This document shows positions 47,457 to 56,818 of a stretch of DNA of 64,000 nt, one piece after another. Every line of letters starts with the position of its first letter. Within the stretch, counting starts at the first letter, position 1. The position numbers and the translations under genes were made by a program. Under the pieces are notes generated by a model. The model was given only the letters and a program-made list of their open reading frames with translations, made no database searches and was not told the DNA's origin. The stretch is taken from positions 96,001 to 160,000 of the forward strand of contig CANMWZ010000003.1 in assembly GCA_947501605.1 (NCBI GenBank), in the 5' to 3' direction. This DNA is from Planctomycetota bacterium (GTDB taxonomy: Bacteria > Planctomycetota > UBA1135 > UBA2386).

Positions 47457-49040
47457 ATGATCGCCCCACAGCAGCGCCCGTCCAGTTCCCTGCGCCGCGT
47501 CTTCTGGGTCGCGTTGCTGCCGCTCTCGCTCGTCATCCTCTCGAGCTTCGCGGTCATCTTGCTGATGGTCGGGCGCGTGCACACCAACGTGGAGTGCATG
47601 TACGTCGAGACGCGGGAGATCGCGCATGCCCGAAGCCTCGTCGACGAACTTCGCGGCATCGAGTCGTGGGTCACGGCAGCGCCCACTCTTGAGGACTCCG
47701 AACGCAAAGTTGCCGACGCCGACGCCCGCCAGCACCTCGCGACGGCGAAGAGCATTCTTGCCGGGTTCGATCCGCAAGAAGTCGGGCTCGGCGTCGAGAG
47801 CGCCGAGGGACCCGATCCGTCCGACCCGCGGCACCAATCGAACGAGAATCGACTCGCGCGCGTCGTTCGTACCGAACTCAACCTGCTCGAGCGACTCCTG
47901 GACGATCCTCACACCGGACTCGAACTCGCCGACCCACACGTTCGGGCGGCTTCGCGTGCCGCGATGACACTCTATGGCGAGATCGAGGACGAAGCGCGAG
48001 CACTCGGTGCGAGCCTCGTCGAGAGCTCGGAAGAATTCGTCCACATCGTCTTGGTCGTCGCCGCCATGGCCGGCGTGATGCTGCTGGCTGCAGCCACGCT
48101 GTTTCAGCGCCGGATCCTCCGCCCGCTCGCCGAACTCCGAGATGGCGTGCGCCAAGTCAGCAGCGGCAACCTCGATCTCAAGCTGACGATTCGCCACAAC
48201 GACGAACTCGGCATGCTGGCCAACACGCTGCTGGCGATGACGGAACGGCTACGCAAGTACCAGGAGGACCTCGAGGAGCGCGTGAAGCAGCGCACCAGTG
48301 AACTGCTGCGCACCGCGAGGCTAGCCGACCTCGGCACCCTTGCCGCTGGTGTGGCGCACGAGATCAACAATCCCCTGGCCGCGATCGCGACCTGCGCCGA
48401 GGGCTTGCTGCGGGATTCGCAACGCGCACTCGCCGCCGCCGAGAACGCCAACGGCGCCCGCACCGCCGCACCCTCGGCCCGGGACTCGACCAGGACTCGG
48501 GACTATCTGCAGATCATTGCCAAAGAGGCGATGCGGGCCCGCGACACCACGGCTCGCCTGCTTGCGTTTGCACGGCCAGAGTCGGGTCGACGCGATCCGG
48601 TCTGGCTGTCGCGCGAGGTATCCGAGGTCGTGACCATGCTCGAGCATTCGGCGGGCCGCGCCGGAATTCGCCTCGAGCTCGAACTACAGAAGGACCTCAG
48701 CCCAGTTCTCGGCGACCCCGCAGATCTGCGCCAAGTGGCCTTCAACCTGATCAAGAATGCGATCGACGCCAGTCACGACCGCGGGACGATCACGATCCGC
48801 ACGCGGATGCTCGACGGGCTCGTCGTGCTCGAGGTTGTCGACGAGGGTGTCGGGATCCCGCCCGCTCTCCAAGATCGGATCTTCGAACCGTTCGTGACCA
48901 CCAAGGAGCCGGGTAAGGGGACCGGACTCGGGCTTGCCATCAGCCACCGCATCGTGACCGATCACGGCGGCAGCCTACGGGCAGAGAATCTGCAGACCCG
49001 CGGCGCCTGCTTCACGATGACGCTGCCACCGCTGCCCTGA
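47457..49040 (+). CDS. Membrane sensor histidine kinase with HAMP domain
   Basis: Two TMs flanking a helical periplasmic domain; HAMP (RPLAEL..NDELGML), [26 protein letters not shown]. Confidence 0.92.
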   Translation: MIAPQQRPSSSLRRVFWVALLPLSLVILSSFAVILLMVGRVHTNVECMYVETREIAHARSLVDELRGIESWVTAAPTLEDSERKVADADARQHLATAKSILAGFDPQEVGLGVESAEGPDPSDPRHQSNENRLARVVRTELNLLERLLDDPHTGLELADPHVRAASRAAMTLYGEIEDEARALGASLVESSEEFVHIVLVVAAMAGVMLLAAATLFQRRILRPLAELRDGVRQVSSGNLDLKLTIRHNDELGMLANTLLAMTERLRKYQEDLEERVKQRTSELLRTARLADLGTLAAGVAHEINNPLAAIATCAEGLLRDSQRALAAAENANGARTAAPSARDSTRTRDYLQIIAKEAMRARDTTARLLAFARPESGRRDPVWLSREVSEVVTMLEHSAGRAGIRLELELQKDLSPVLGDPADLRQVAFNLIKNAIDASHDRGTITIRTRMLDGLVVLEVVDEGVGIPPALQDRIFEPFVTTKEPGKGTGLGLAISHRIVTDHGGSLRAENLQTRGACFTMTLPPLP

Positions 49041-49072
49041 GGGCCCGCAGCACAGAACGGTCTGGCGAGCGT

Positions 49073-50314
49073 TCAGCGATCCGGCGTCGGCGGCGAAAGG
49101 ACGGGCGACTTCTTGCCGAACGGATCGCCGAGCAGCGGGTCAAGGCACAGGCGTGCACCGTTCGTCAGATCGAAGCGCGCACCGGACCACGTCACGGCAC
49201 CGCTCTCAGTAGCCTCCCAGATGCGGCTGGTCCCCGCAGTGAGCGCCGCCGCAGCATCCTCTTTCAACTCGCCGGCCAAGTTCCCCGTCGACGGCGAGAG
49301 GAAGAATGTCACGCGGTGTCCCGGCTGCAGCGCCACGTCGCCCGATACGGTGTGCCAGGTCACATCGCGCGAGCCGTGATTGAAGATCGTAGCCCGACCG
49401 CTGTAGTCGCCAGGCTCGATTCGTCGCTCGAGCCGGATGCGAGCCTCACCGAGTCCAACATCCTCGATGGGCGCCGCGGGCGCTGCCATCTCCAGCTCAG
49501 AACCATCGGGCAACTTGCAGATCAAGCCTTGGTTTGCGACCGCGAGGTCCATCCAAGTGAAGTCACTCAGAGTGACGATGGCAGCTGTCTCTTCCAGCTT
49601 GTCGACGCGCAGCGCCGCCGTGCCAAAGGACATGAACCGCGTGCCACCGTAGACCAGCAAGAGAAACTCTCCGGTCTTGCGGACCTGGATCTCCGAACCA
49701 ACCGGAAGCCCGCGCGCATTGTCGTAGTGGTAGAGCGGGATGAAGGCATCCTCGGTTGGGACTTTGAACCAGACGCGTTCGGCGTGACGCACCAGCACGA
49801 CGGTCTCTGGTTCGTACGGCAGCGTGACCGGTCGCTTGGCTCGCACCCAGGCTGGCCAGTCAGGCGCTGTTGGCAGCGCCGGCGGCGGCAATTGCCCTGC
49901 ACCCGTTGGCAGCATCAGTCCGCCGCCAACCGCTGGGTTGTTGCCGTAGCCACCGAGGCTCGGCGGGAACACCGGAAAGCCCTGGTACGACTCCGGCCTG
50001 ACCCAAGTCGGGAACAGCCCGGAAGGGTCGGCCGACTGCATGCCTGGCAGCGGCTCCAGCGACTGCGGCCGCACGGATCGCGGATCGTAGATCGGCACGT
50101 TGGTGCCTCCGGGGCCCTGCCCCTGTCCTGCCGATCCCTGATTCCACTGCGAACCTTGTTGCTGCTGTGGCTGCTGCTGCGGTTGCTGCGAGCCGGGCCA
50201 CGGGTAGGAGGGGAAGATCTGCGCCGTCAACGGCGCACCGCCCAAGACGGCCAGCATGGTGAGGGTCAGAGTCGAAGCGAGCGGAGTCCTGGGCATCGTC
50301 GTACGCGTCGTCAC
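49073..50314 (-). CDS. Exported hypothetical protein with Q/P/G-rich N-terminus and possible FecR-like beta domain
   Basis: Signal peptide, QQPQQQPQQQQ, LPVGSEIQV..GEFLLL..GGTRF. GTGA overlap with the pfk stop. Confidence 0.6.
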   Translation of the reverse strand: MTTRTTMPRTPLASTLTLTMLAVLGGAPLTAQIFPSYPWPGSQQPQQQPQQQQGSQWNQGSAGQGQGPGGTNVPIYDPRSVRPQSLEPLPGMQSADPSGLFPTWVRPESYQGFPVFPPSLGGYGNNPAVGGGLMLPTGAGQLPPPALPTAPDWPAWVRAKRPVTLPYEPETVVLVRHAERVWFKVPTEDAFIPLYHYDNARGLPVGSEIQVRKTGEFLLLVYGGTRFMSFGTAALRVDKLEETAAIVTLSDFTWMDLAVANQGLICKLPDGSELEMAAPAAPIEDVGLGEARIRLERRIEPGDYSGRATIFNHGSRDVTWHTVSGDVALQPGHRVTFFLSPSTGNLAGELKEDAAAALTAGTSRIWEATESGAVTWSGARFDLTNGARLCLDPLLGDPFGKKSPVLSPPTPDR

Positions 50315-51357
50315 ATGCTGCTGATCGGCAGGAAGAAGGTCTCGTACCGATCCAGAAACTGGTCGGTGAGAGTTTTCCGTTCGGCGACGGCCTCATGCAG
50401 CGGCACATCGATCACCTCGCCAGCGCGCAGCGCGGCCATGAAGCCATAGCGGCGCTCGAGCACGAGGCGGGCGGCCTTGGCGCCAAGGCGCAAAGCAAAG
50501 ATGCGATCAAAGGCGATCGGTCGTCCCGCTCGCTGCAAGTGCCCCATCACTACCGCGCGCGATTCCCAGCCGATGCGCTTCTGGATGCGCCGGGCAAGCA
50601 AGTCGGCGACGCCGCCAGTCTTGTACTGACCGAACTCATCCTTCTCCATCGACGACAGGCACTCGCCATTCTCGAACACGCGGCACCCTTCAGCGGCGGC
50701 GACGATCGCCGCTCGCGCGCCCGCCTTGCGGAACTTCTCGAGGTTCTGGCACAGCTCTTCGATGTGAGCCGGACGCTCCGGCACCAAGATCGCCTCGGCC
50801 CCGGCAGCGACACCGCTGTAGGCCGTGATCCAGCCGGCGTGTCGGCCCATGCACTCGACCACGATCACGCGACTGTGCGACTCTGCAGTGCTACGCAGGT
50901 CGTCAATCGCGCGGGTGACCACTTCGACGGCGGAAAAGAAGCCGAACGTGAAGTCGGTGGCCGACAGGTCATTGTCGATCGTCTTGGGCACTCCCACGAT
51001 CGGCAACCGGTGCTCGGTCCATAGTCGATCTGCAGCGCCTAGCGTACCTTCACCGCCGATCGCGACGAGCGCATCGAGGCGGTGCCTCGCTACCGTGGCG
51101 AGCACGCGCGGAACATCGCGCTCCGGATCGCGGTACGGGTTGTCGCCGCTGCTGCCGAGCAAGGTGCCACCGTGGACCAGCAAGTGCTGATAGTTGACGC
51201 CATCGAGCGACTCGGCACGGTCTTCGATCAGGCCACGCCAGCCATCGCGAAAGCCGACGAGTTGCACGCCTTGTGCCACGAGTCGCCGACCGAGGCCGCA
51301 GATCGCGGCATTGAGGCCAGGCGCGTCGCCGCCGCCCGTGAAAACACCCACGCGCAT
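50311..51357 (-). CDS. pfkA: 6-phosphofructokinase (group III type)
   Basis: TGGGDAPGLN, GGTLLGS, GGEGT, PKTIDND, MGRHAG, GHLQR. Confidence 0.92.
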   Translation of the reverse strand: MRVGVFTGGGDAPGLNAAICGLGRRLVAQGVQLVGFRDGWRGLIEDRAESLDGVNYQHLLVHGGTLLGSSGDNPYRDPERDVPRVLATVARHRLDALVAIGGEGTLGAADRLWTEHRLPIVGVPKTIDNDLSATDFTFGFFSAVEVVTRAIDDLRSTAESHSRVIVVECMGRHAGWITAYSGVAAGAEAILVPERPAHIEELCQNLEKFRKAGARAAIVAAAEGCRVFENGECLSSMEKDEFGQYKTGGVADLLARRIQKRIGWESRAVVMGHLQRAGRPIAFDRIFALRLGAKAARLVLERRYGFMAALRAGEVIDVPLHEAVAERKTLTDQFLDRYETFFLPISSM

Positions 51358-51358
51358 C

Positions 51359-52024
51359 TCAGTTCCCTCCCTCGTCATCGTCAATTGGATACTTCGGCCC
51401 AGTGAATGGCGGGGGTTCGGGTTCGAACGCAGCCGACTTGTCGCCCTTCTTTGCCAGCTTGCCGAAGAAGCCCTGGAACTCCAGTTCGAACTCGACTCGA
51501 TTCCCGTCGGCGAGCTGCACCATGTCGGTGAAGCGTTCGCGCAGGACCTGCCGCAGTCGCTGGCTGGCGTTCAGATTGGAGGCCCCCTCCGCACACTGGA
51601 ACACCGACATCACAACGATGCGACGAGGCTGAGCGCAATCGACCTGCACTCGCAAGCGCGTGATCTCCGGCAGCGCCTCGCCGGCGTTGCGCAGTCCGGA
51701 CTCCAGCGCCTCCCTCGCGACCTTCACCTGACCGGAAGCCGATTCGCTGACAATATGTGTGAGTGGCCCGGGACCGGGCGATCGCCGCACCAGCCATGCA
51801 AAGTTGCAGAGCAGCAACACCACGGCACCGAGGAACAGGCCCCACGAAACCGGCGTCGCCAGGGGCAGTTGGACCGTGCGCAGGTCCAGTCCGGGGATCA
51901 ACTCGAGCCCAAAGACCGCGGGGCGCACGAAGGCCACCACGATGGCGGCGGCGCTCAGCGTTCCGACGACCAAGTTCGCCAGCAACAACAACCGAGTGCC
52001 GACTCTGCTGGGTTCGCTCGCCAT
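51359..52024 (-). CDS. Membrane protein, AmaP (alkaline shock membrane anchor)-like
   Basis: Two TMs followed by SGQVKVAREALE. Location next to accBC matches known amaP/asp23 neighbourhoods. Confidence 0.5.
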   Translation of the reverse strand: MASEPSRVGTRLLLLANLVVGTLSAAAIVVAFVRPAVFGLELIPGLDLRTVQLPLATPVSWGLFLGAVVLLLCNFAWLVRRSPGPGPLTHIVSESASGQVKVAREALESGLRNAGEALPEITRLRVQVDCAQPRRIVVMSVFQCAEGASNLNASQRLRQVLRERFTDMVQLADGNRVEFELEFQGFFGKLAKKGDKSAAFEPEPPPFTGPKYPIDDDEGGN

Positions 52025-52040
52025 CTCCTAAGCGCCTCGA

Positions 52041-53387
52041 TCAACGCGGCGCGAAGTAGCGGTCAATGAAGCCCGTGTCGATCTCGCCCGAGGCGAAATC
52101 GGAGTGCTCGAGGATGCGCAAGAACAGTCCAGCGGTCGTCGCGATGCCATCGACCGTGAGTTCTTGGAGGGCGCGCCGCGCGGTCTCGAGCACGAGCTTT
52201 CGCGTCGGCCGATGGATGATCAACTTGCCGACCATCGAGTCGTAGTGCGGCGGCACGGTGTAGCCCTGATAGACGTGGCTGTCCCAGCGGACGCCCGGCC
52301 CGCCCGGGGCCAAGAACGTCTTGATGAGCCCCGGCGACGGCTTGAATCCTCGATCTGGATCCTCGGCGTTGATCCGAAACTCCATCGCATGGCCCTGCAT
52401 GCGGATGTCCTTCTGCTCGAACGAGAGCCGTTCGCCAGCGGCGACGCGGATCATCTCGCGAATCAGGTCGGTACCCGTGACCATCTCGGTCACCGGGTGC
52501 TCGACCTGGATGCGCGAGTTGATCTCGATGAAGTAGAAGTTCTTGTCCTTGTCGAGCAAGAACTCAACGGTGCCAGCCGAGTAGTAGTTGGCGGCCTTCG
52601 CCAGCCGGATCGCGGCGTCACCCATCGCCTGGCGGGTCACCTCGTCCAGCACGGGACACGGGCTCTCTTCGACCAACTTCTGGTGGCGGCGCTGCAGCGA
52701 GCAGTCGCGCTCCCCCAGATGCACGATGTTGCCGTGCTGGTCACCCATCACCTGGATCTCCACGTGCCGCGGCTTCTCGATGTACTTCTCCAGGTAGACC
52801 GTGCCGTCCTTGAACGCCTTCTCGGCTTCGCTTCTCGCCGCGTGGAAACCGGTGACCAGGCTCGGCTCGTTGTGGGCGACGCGCATGCCGCGGCCACCGC
52901 CACCAGCAGCGGCCTTGACCAACACCGGGAAGCCGATCTTGCGCGCAATGGCAAGGGCCTCGTCCTCGGTCTCGATGGGACCGTCGGAGCCCGGCACACA
53001 CGGAACCCCCGCCTGCCGCGCCAACACCTTGGCGGCGACCTTGTCGCCGCAGCTTGCGATCGCCTTTGGCGATGGCCCGATGAACTTGATGTTGCAGCTC
53101 TGGCAAACCTCGGCGAAGTGCTCGTTCTCCGACAAGAAGCCATAGCCCGGATGGATCGCCTCGACGTCCGCGATCTCGGCCGCGGCAATCAACGCCGGAA
53201 TGTTGAGGTAGCTCTCGGAGCTGGCCGCCGGACCGATACAGATCGTCTCGTCCGCGAAGCGGAGGTGGAGCGAATCGCGGTCGGCCTCGGAGTAGACCGC
53301 GACGGTCTCGATGCCCATGTCTTTGCACGCGCGCAGGATGCGGAGTGCGATCTCGCCGCGGTTGGCGATGAGGATGCGCGAGAACAT
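52041..53387 (-). CDS. accC: Acetyl-CoA carboxylase biotin carboxylase
   Basis: [51 protein letters not shown]. Confidence 0.97.
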   Translation of the reverse strand: MFSRILIANRGEIALRILRACKDMGIETVAVYSEADRDSLHLRFADETICIGPAASSESYLNIPALIAAAEIADVEAIHPGYGFLSENEHFAEVCQSCNIKFIGPSPKAIASCGDKVAAKVLARQAGVPCVPGSDGPIETEDEALAIARKIGFPVLVKAAAGGGGRGMRVAHNEPSLVTGFHAARSEAEKAFKDGTVYLEKYIEKPRHVEIQVMGDQHGNIVHLGERDCSLQRRHQKLVEESPCPVLDEVTRQAMGDAAIRLAKAANYYSAGTVEFLLDKDKNFYFIEINSRIQVEHPVTEMVTGTDLIREMIRVAAGERLSFEQKDIRMQGHAMEFRINAEDPDRGFKPSPGLIKTFLAPGGPGVRWDSHVYQGYTVPPHYDSMVGKLIIHRPTRKLVLETARRALQELTVDGIATTAGLFLRILEHSDFASGEIDTGFIDRYFAPR

Positions 53388-53394
53388 GCGTTGG

Positions 53395-53928
53395 TCAGCG
53401 AATCAGGAAGAGGGGTTGACCGTACTCGACAGGATCGCCGTTCTTGACCAGCACCTCGAGGATCTCGAACTCCCGCTCGGCCTTGATCTCGTTCATGACC
53501 TTCATCGCCTCGATGATGCACAGGGTCGACTCGGGATTGACCCGATCCCCTGGTTTGGAGAACGGCTCGGCCTCGGGTGAACCAGCGCGATAGAACGTGC
53601 CCAGCATCGGCGACTTGAAGACCTCGCCCTGCGGTTCCTTGGCGACGGCGACGCTCTGCCCAGCACTCGCGGGCAGCATCGAAGCTGGCGTCGGAGCTGG
53701 CGCCGCCATCGCGGTCGGCGCCGCATAGGCGACCGAATGCGGATCTTTGCGCCGGACGCGCCAGCGCGTGCCGGTCTCTTCGATCTCGACCTCGACGACA
53801 TCCTTCTCCACCATCAGCTCGATCAGACGCTGAAGTTCGGAGAGGCGGTCCTTGCCGCCCGATGCGCGCACCGTCTGTGGCTTGGCCGGGGACTTCTTGG
53901 ATGACTTCTGGTTCGGACGCTTGGCCAT
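53395..53928 (-). CDS. accB: Biotin carboxyl carrier protein
   Basis: [20 protein letters not shown] (biotinyl Lys), VEYGQPLF. Confidence 0.95.
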   Translation of the reverse strand: MAKRPNQKSSKKSPAKPQTVRASGGKDRLSELQRLIELMVEKDVVEVEIEETGTRWRVRRKDPHSVAYAAPTAMAAPAPTPASMLPASAGQSVAVAKEPQGEVFKSPMLGTFYRAGSPEAEPFSKPGDRVNPESTLCIIEAMKVMNEIKAEREFEILEVLVKNGDPVEYGQPLFLIR

Positions 53929-54045
53929 TCTGATTCGAGTTCCGTCGGGGACGGCACGGAAGGAAAGCCGCAACGAGAACTGGAGTCCAGAGCAGAATGG
54001 CAGCGGCGTGAACCCGCGGGTTGGTGGCTATGCTGTGCGCCTTCC

Positions 54046-55509
54046 ATGAGCGACCTAGGTATCGACCTGCAGCCCCGCGAGATCACCCGACGCCTCGACG
54101 AGTACATCGTGGGCCAGACGAAGGCCAAGCGTGCGGTCGCGGTCGCACTGCGAAACCGTTGGCGCCGGCGTCAACTGCCCGCCGACCTCGCCGCCGATGT
54201 CTATCCAAAGAACATCCTTCTGATCGGTCCAACGGGGGTCGGCAAGACCGAGATTGCTCGGCGCTTGGCGACGCTGGCGCGCGCGCCCTTCGTCAAGGTC
54301 GAAGCCACCAAGTACTCCGAGGTCGGCTACCACGGTCGCGACGTCGAGTCCATGGTTCGCGATCTTGTCGATGCCGCCGTCGCACTGGTGCGCGCCGAGA
54401 AGGTCAAGGAAGTCGAGGGCAAGGCCGCCGCCGCCGCCGAAGAGCGCCTCTACCATGCGCTGCTCGAGATGCGGCAACTGCACGACTACCTCGACCCAGG
54501 CGCTGGCGAAGCTGGCGCGCAGGAAGGTTCGGCGATGTGGCGCGCGCGCCCGTTCGCCGGTCGCACCGCGGCAACTCCGGTCACGGCGGCTGGCGATCCC
54601 GCGATCGCCGCCCAAGAACGCGAGCAGCAGCGACGGGCGCTGCGCGAACAACTGCGCACACGCTCGATCGAACGCGACGCGATCGAGATCGAGCTCCGCG
54701 ACAGCAAGACGCCGACCCTGAGCGTGATGGGACCGCAGGGCAATGAGACGATGGGCATCGACACGCAAGCCCTGCAGGAAATGTGGGGACGCGCACCGCA
54801 GGTGAAGATGAAGCTCCGCAAGCTGCCCATCGCCGAAGCCCGCGCCATCCTCCACGAAGAAGAGGCCGACAAGCTGCTCGACATGGATGCGGTCTGCAAG
54901 GACGCGCTCGACCGCGCGCAGAACGATGGCATCATCTTCGTCGACGAGATCGACAAGATTGTCGGCTCCGGCGGCGGCGACGGCCCGGACGTCTCACGCG
55001 AGGGCGTGCAGCGCGACCTGCTCTCGGTTGTCGAAGGCTGCGCCGTCTACACCCGCTACGGCCATGTACGCACCGACCACGTCTTGTTCCTGTGCGCCGG
55101 CGCCTTTCACTTCCACAAGCCAAGCGAGTTGATCCCCGAATTGCAGGGTCGCTTTCCGGTCCGCGTCGCCCTGCAGTCGCTGACGGAAGCGGACTTCGTT
55201 CGGATCTTGACCGAGCCGAAGAACGCGCTCACCAAGCAGTACCAATCGCTATTCGCGACCGAAGGCGTGAAGCTGGAGTTCACTGCCGATGGTGTCGCGA
55301 CGCTGGCTGCAGTCGCCTTCCGCGCCAACAAGACGACCCAAGACATCGGCGCGCGACGCTTGATGACCATTCTCGAGAAGTGCCTCGAAGACCTCTCGTT
55401 TGATGCTGGCGACCGCCGCGGCCAGACCATTCGCGTCGATGCTGCCGTCGTCAAGGACCGCCTCGGCGAGGCCGCTGACGACGAAGACCTCCTGCCCTAT
55501 CGCATGTGA
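54046..55509 (+). CDS. hslU: ATP-dependent protease ATPase subunit HslU
   Basis: LRNRWRR, PKNILLIGPTGVGKTEIARR, EVGYHGRDVE, DEIDKI, GVQRDLL, PELQGRFP, IGARRL. Confidence 0.95.
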   Translation: MSDLGIDLQPREITRRLDEYIVGQTKAKRAVAVALRNRWRRRQLPADLAADVYPKNILLIGPTGVGKTEIARRLATLARAPFVKVEATKYSEVGYHGRDVESMVRDLVDAAVALVRAEKVKEVEGKAAAAAEERLYHALLEMRQLHDYLDPGAGEAGAQEGSAMWRARPFAGRTAATPVTAAGDPAIAAQEREQQRRALREQLRTRSIERDAIEIELRDSKTPTLSVMGPQGNETMGIDTQALQEMWGRAPQVKMKLRKLPIAEARAILHEEEADKLLDMDAVCKDALDRAQNDGIIFVDEIDKIVGSGGGDGPDVSREGVQRDLLSVVEGCAVYTRYGHVRTDHVLFLCAGAFHFHKPSELIPELQGRFPVRVALQSLTEADFVRILTEPKNALTKQYQSLFATEGVKLEFTADGVATLAAVAFRANKTTQDIGARRLMTILEKCLEDLSFDAGDRRGQTIRVDAAVVKDRLGEAADDEDLLPYRM

Positions 55510-55554
55510 TCTAGGCCGCGACCAGGACCTGGAGCAGGGGATCCTGGTTCGGCG

Positions 55555-55579
55555 GGAACGATCGCCGCGACGACTCGTA
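55555..55579 (+). promoter_or_regulatory. ECF sigma promoter candidate (GGAAC-N16-CGTA)
   Basis: AAC/CGT consensus with a 16-nt spacer, 25 nt upstream of the ECF sigma start. Confidence 0.6.
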
Positions 55580-55604
55580 GACCCGGCCCCCCGGAAACCG
55601 GACC

Positions 55605-56186
55605 GTGATCGACCTACCTGATTCCATCGTGATGCTCGCGCGCGACGGCGACGATGCCGCCGCCCGCACGATCGTCGAGGCGCTCCACCGGCCGATTTTG
55701 GCCGTCTGCCATCGCTTCCTTGGCAGCCGCTACCGCGAGCAGGTCGAAGACGCGGCCCAGGACGTGTTCCTCAAGGTCTTCCGGGCTCTGCCGCAGTTCG
55801 ATCCCACCCGCGCACGCTTCACCACCTGGGTCTACACGTTCGTGCGCAATCACTGCTTCGACGTGCTGAAGAAGCGCCGACTGCCGACCCTGTCGCTGTC
55901 GCCGACCCACGACGACGAGCCTCAGCGGGACCCTCAGGACCGACGCGAACGCCCGCCCGGAGCGGAGCTCGAGGCCAGCGAACTGGGCGCGCAGATCCAA
56001 GCGGCCCTGCAATCGCTGGGCGAAGATCAGCGGATGACGTTCGTGTTGCGCGAGTACGAAGGTCTTGACTACGCCGCGATCGCAGTCGCAACCGGAGTGA
56101 GCGAAGGCACGGTGAAGTCTCGGCTCTTCCGCGCCAAGGAAGCACTGCGGGCACACCTCGAACCTTGGCTGGGATCCGACTCATGA
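55605..56186 (+). CDS. ECF RNA polymerase sigma factor
   Basis: EDAAQDVFLK, FTTWVY..RNHCFD, LREYEGLDY, GTVKSRLFRA. Confidence 0.93.
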   Translation: MIDLPDSIVMLARDGDDAAARTIVEALHRPILAVCHRFLGSRYREQVEDAAQDVFLKVFRALPQFDPTRARFTTWVYTFVRNHCFDVLKKRRLPTLSLSPTHDDEPQRDPQDRRERPPGAELEASELGAQIQAALQSLGEDQRMTFVLREYEGLDYAAIAVATGVSEGTVKSRLFRAKEALRAHLEPWLGSDS

Positions 56187-56818
56187 CCGACACTTCCGAC
56201 CCGTCCTTGCCGGAGTTCCCTAGCGAAGCGGACTGGCTGCTGGCCACACCGCCAGAGTTCGCCCCCGAGTTCGTCGGACACACGATGGCGCGCTTGCGTG
56301 ACGTCGGACTCGTGCGACGCGGAGCCGACGACGAGGCCGCCGACCGCGCGTTTGCGCGGATGCATGTGCCACAGGAAATCCTCGCGGCCCACAGCGTCCC
56401 GCCGCCGAGCCCGAGCTTCGTCGACCAAGTGATGTCGGCGCGTTCCCTCGATCGAGACCTTGCTGTAACTCGACTCCTGCCGCACTACCAGGTGCCGATT
56501 GGTTCGCCCGAGTTCGTCGCGCGGACGATGGCCGCACTTCGCCGCGAGCCCGTCGCCCTGGTCTTGCGCCATCGTCGCTATGCCGCCGTGGTCTGCATCG
56601 CGATCGCGACCGCCGCCGCAGTCGTCGTAGCCCTGATGCTGCCATCCGACTCAGGTAGCTTCGAACGACTGCTAGCCAACCAAGACAGCCAGAGCGTCGC
56701 GGGAAACAGCCCGTCCGTGTTGAGCCACCTGCTGGCATCCGCGGGGACTTTGGCGGATGGCCTGCCGATCCGCGCACCCGAGGCTTCGTTCTTGTGGCTG
56801 GCGGAGGAAGGCCGGTGA
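56183..56818 (+). CDS. Putative membrane anti-sigma factor
   Basis: ATGA-coupled to the ECF gene; three P.FV..(T/V)M repeats; single TM. Confidence 0.7.
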   Translation: MTDTSDPSLPEFPSEADWLLATPPEFAPEFVGHTMARLRDVGLVRRGADDEAADRAFARMHVPQEILAAHSVPPPSPSFVDQVMSARSLDRDLAVTRLLPHYQVPIGSPEFVARTMAALRREPVALVLRHRRYAAVVCIAIATAAAVVVALMLPSDSGSFERLLANQDSQSVAGNSPSVLSHLLASAGTLADGLPIRAPEASFLWLAEEGR

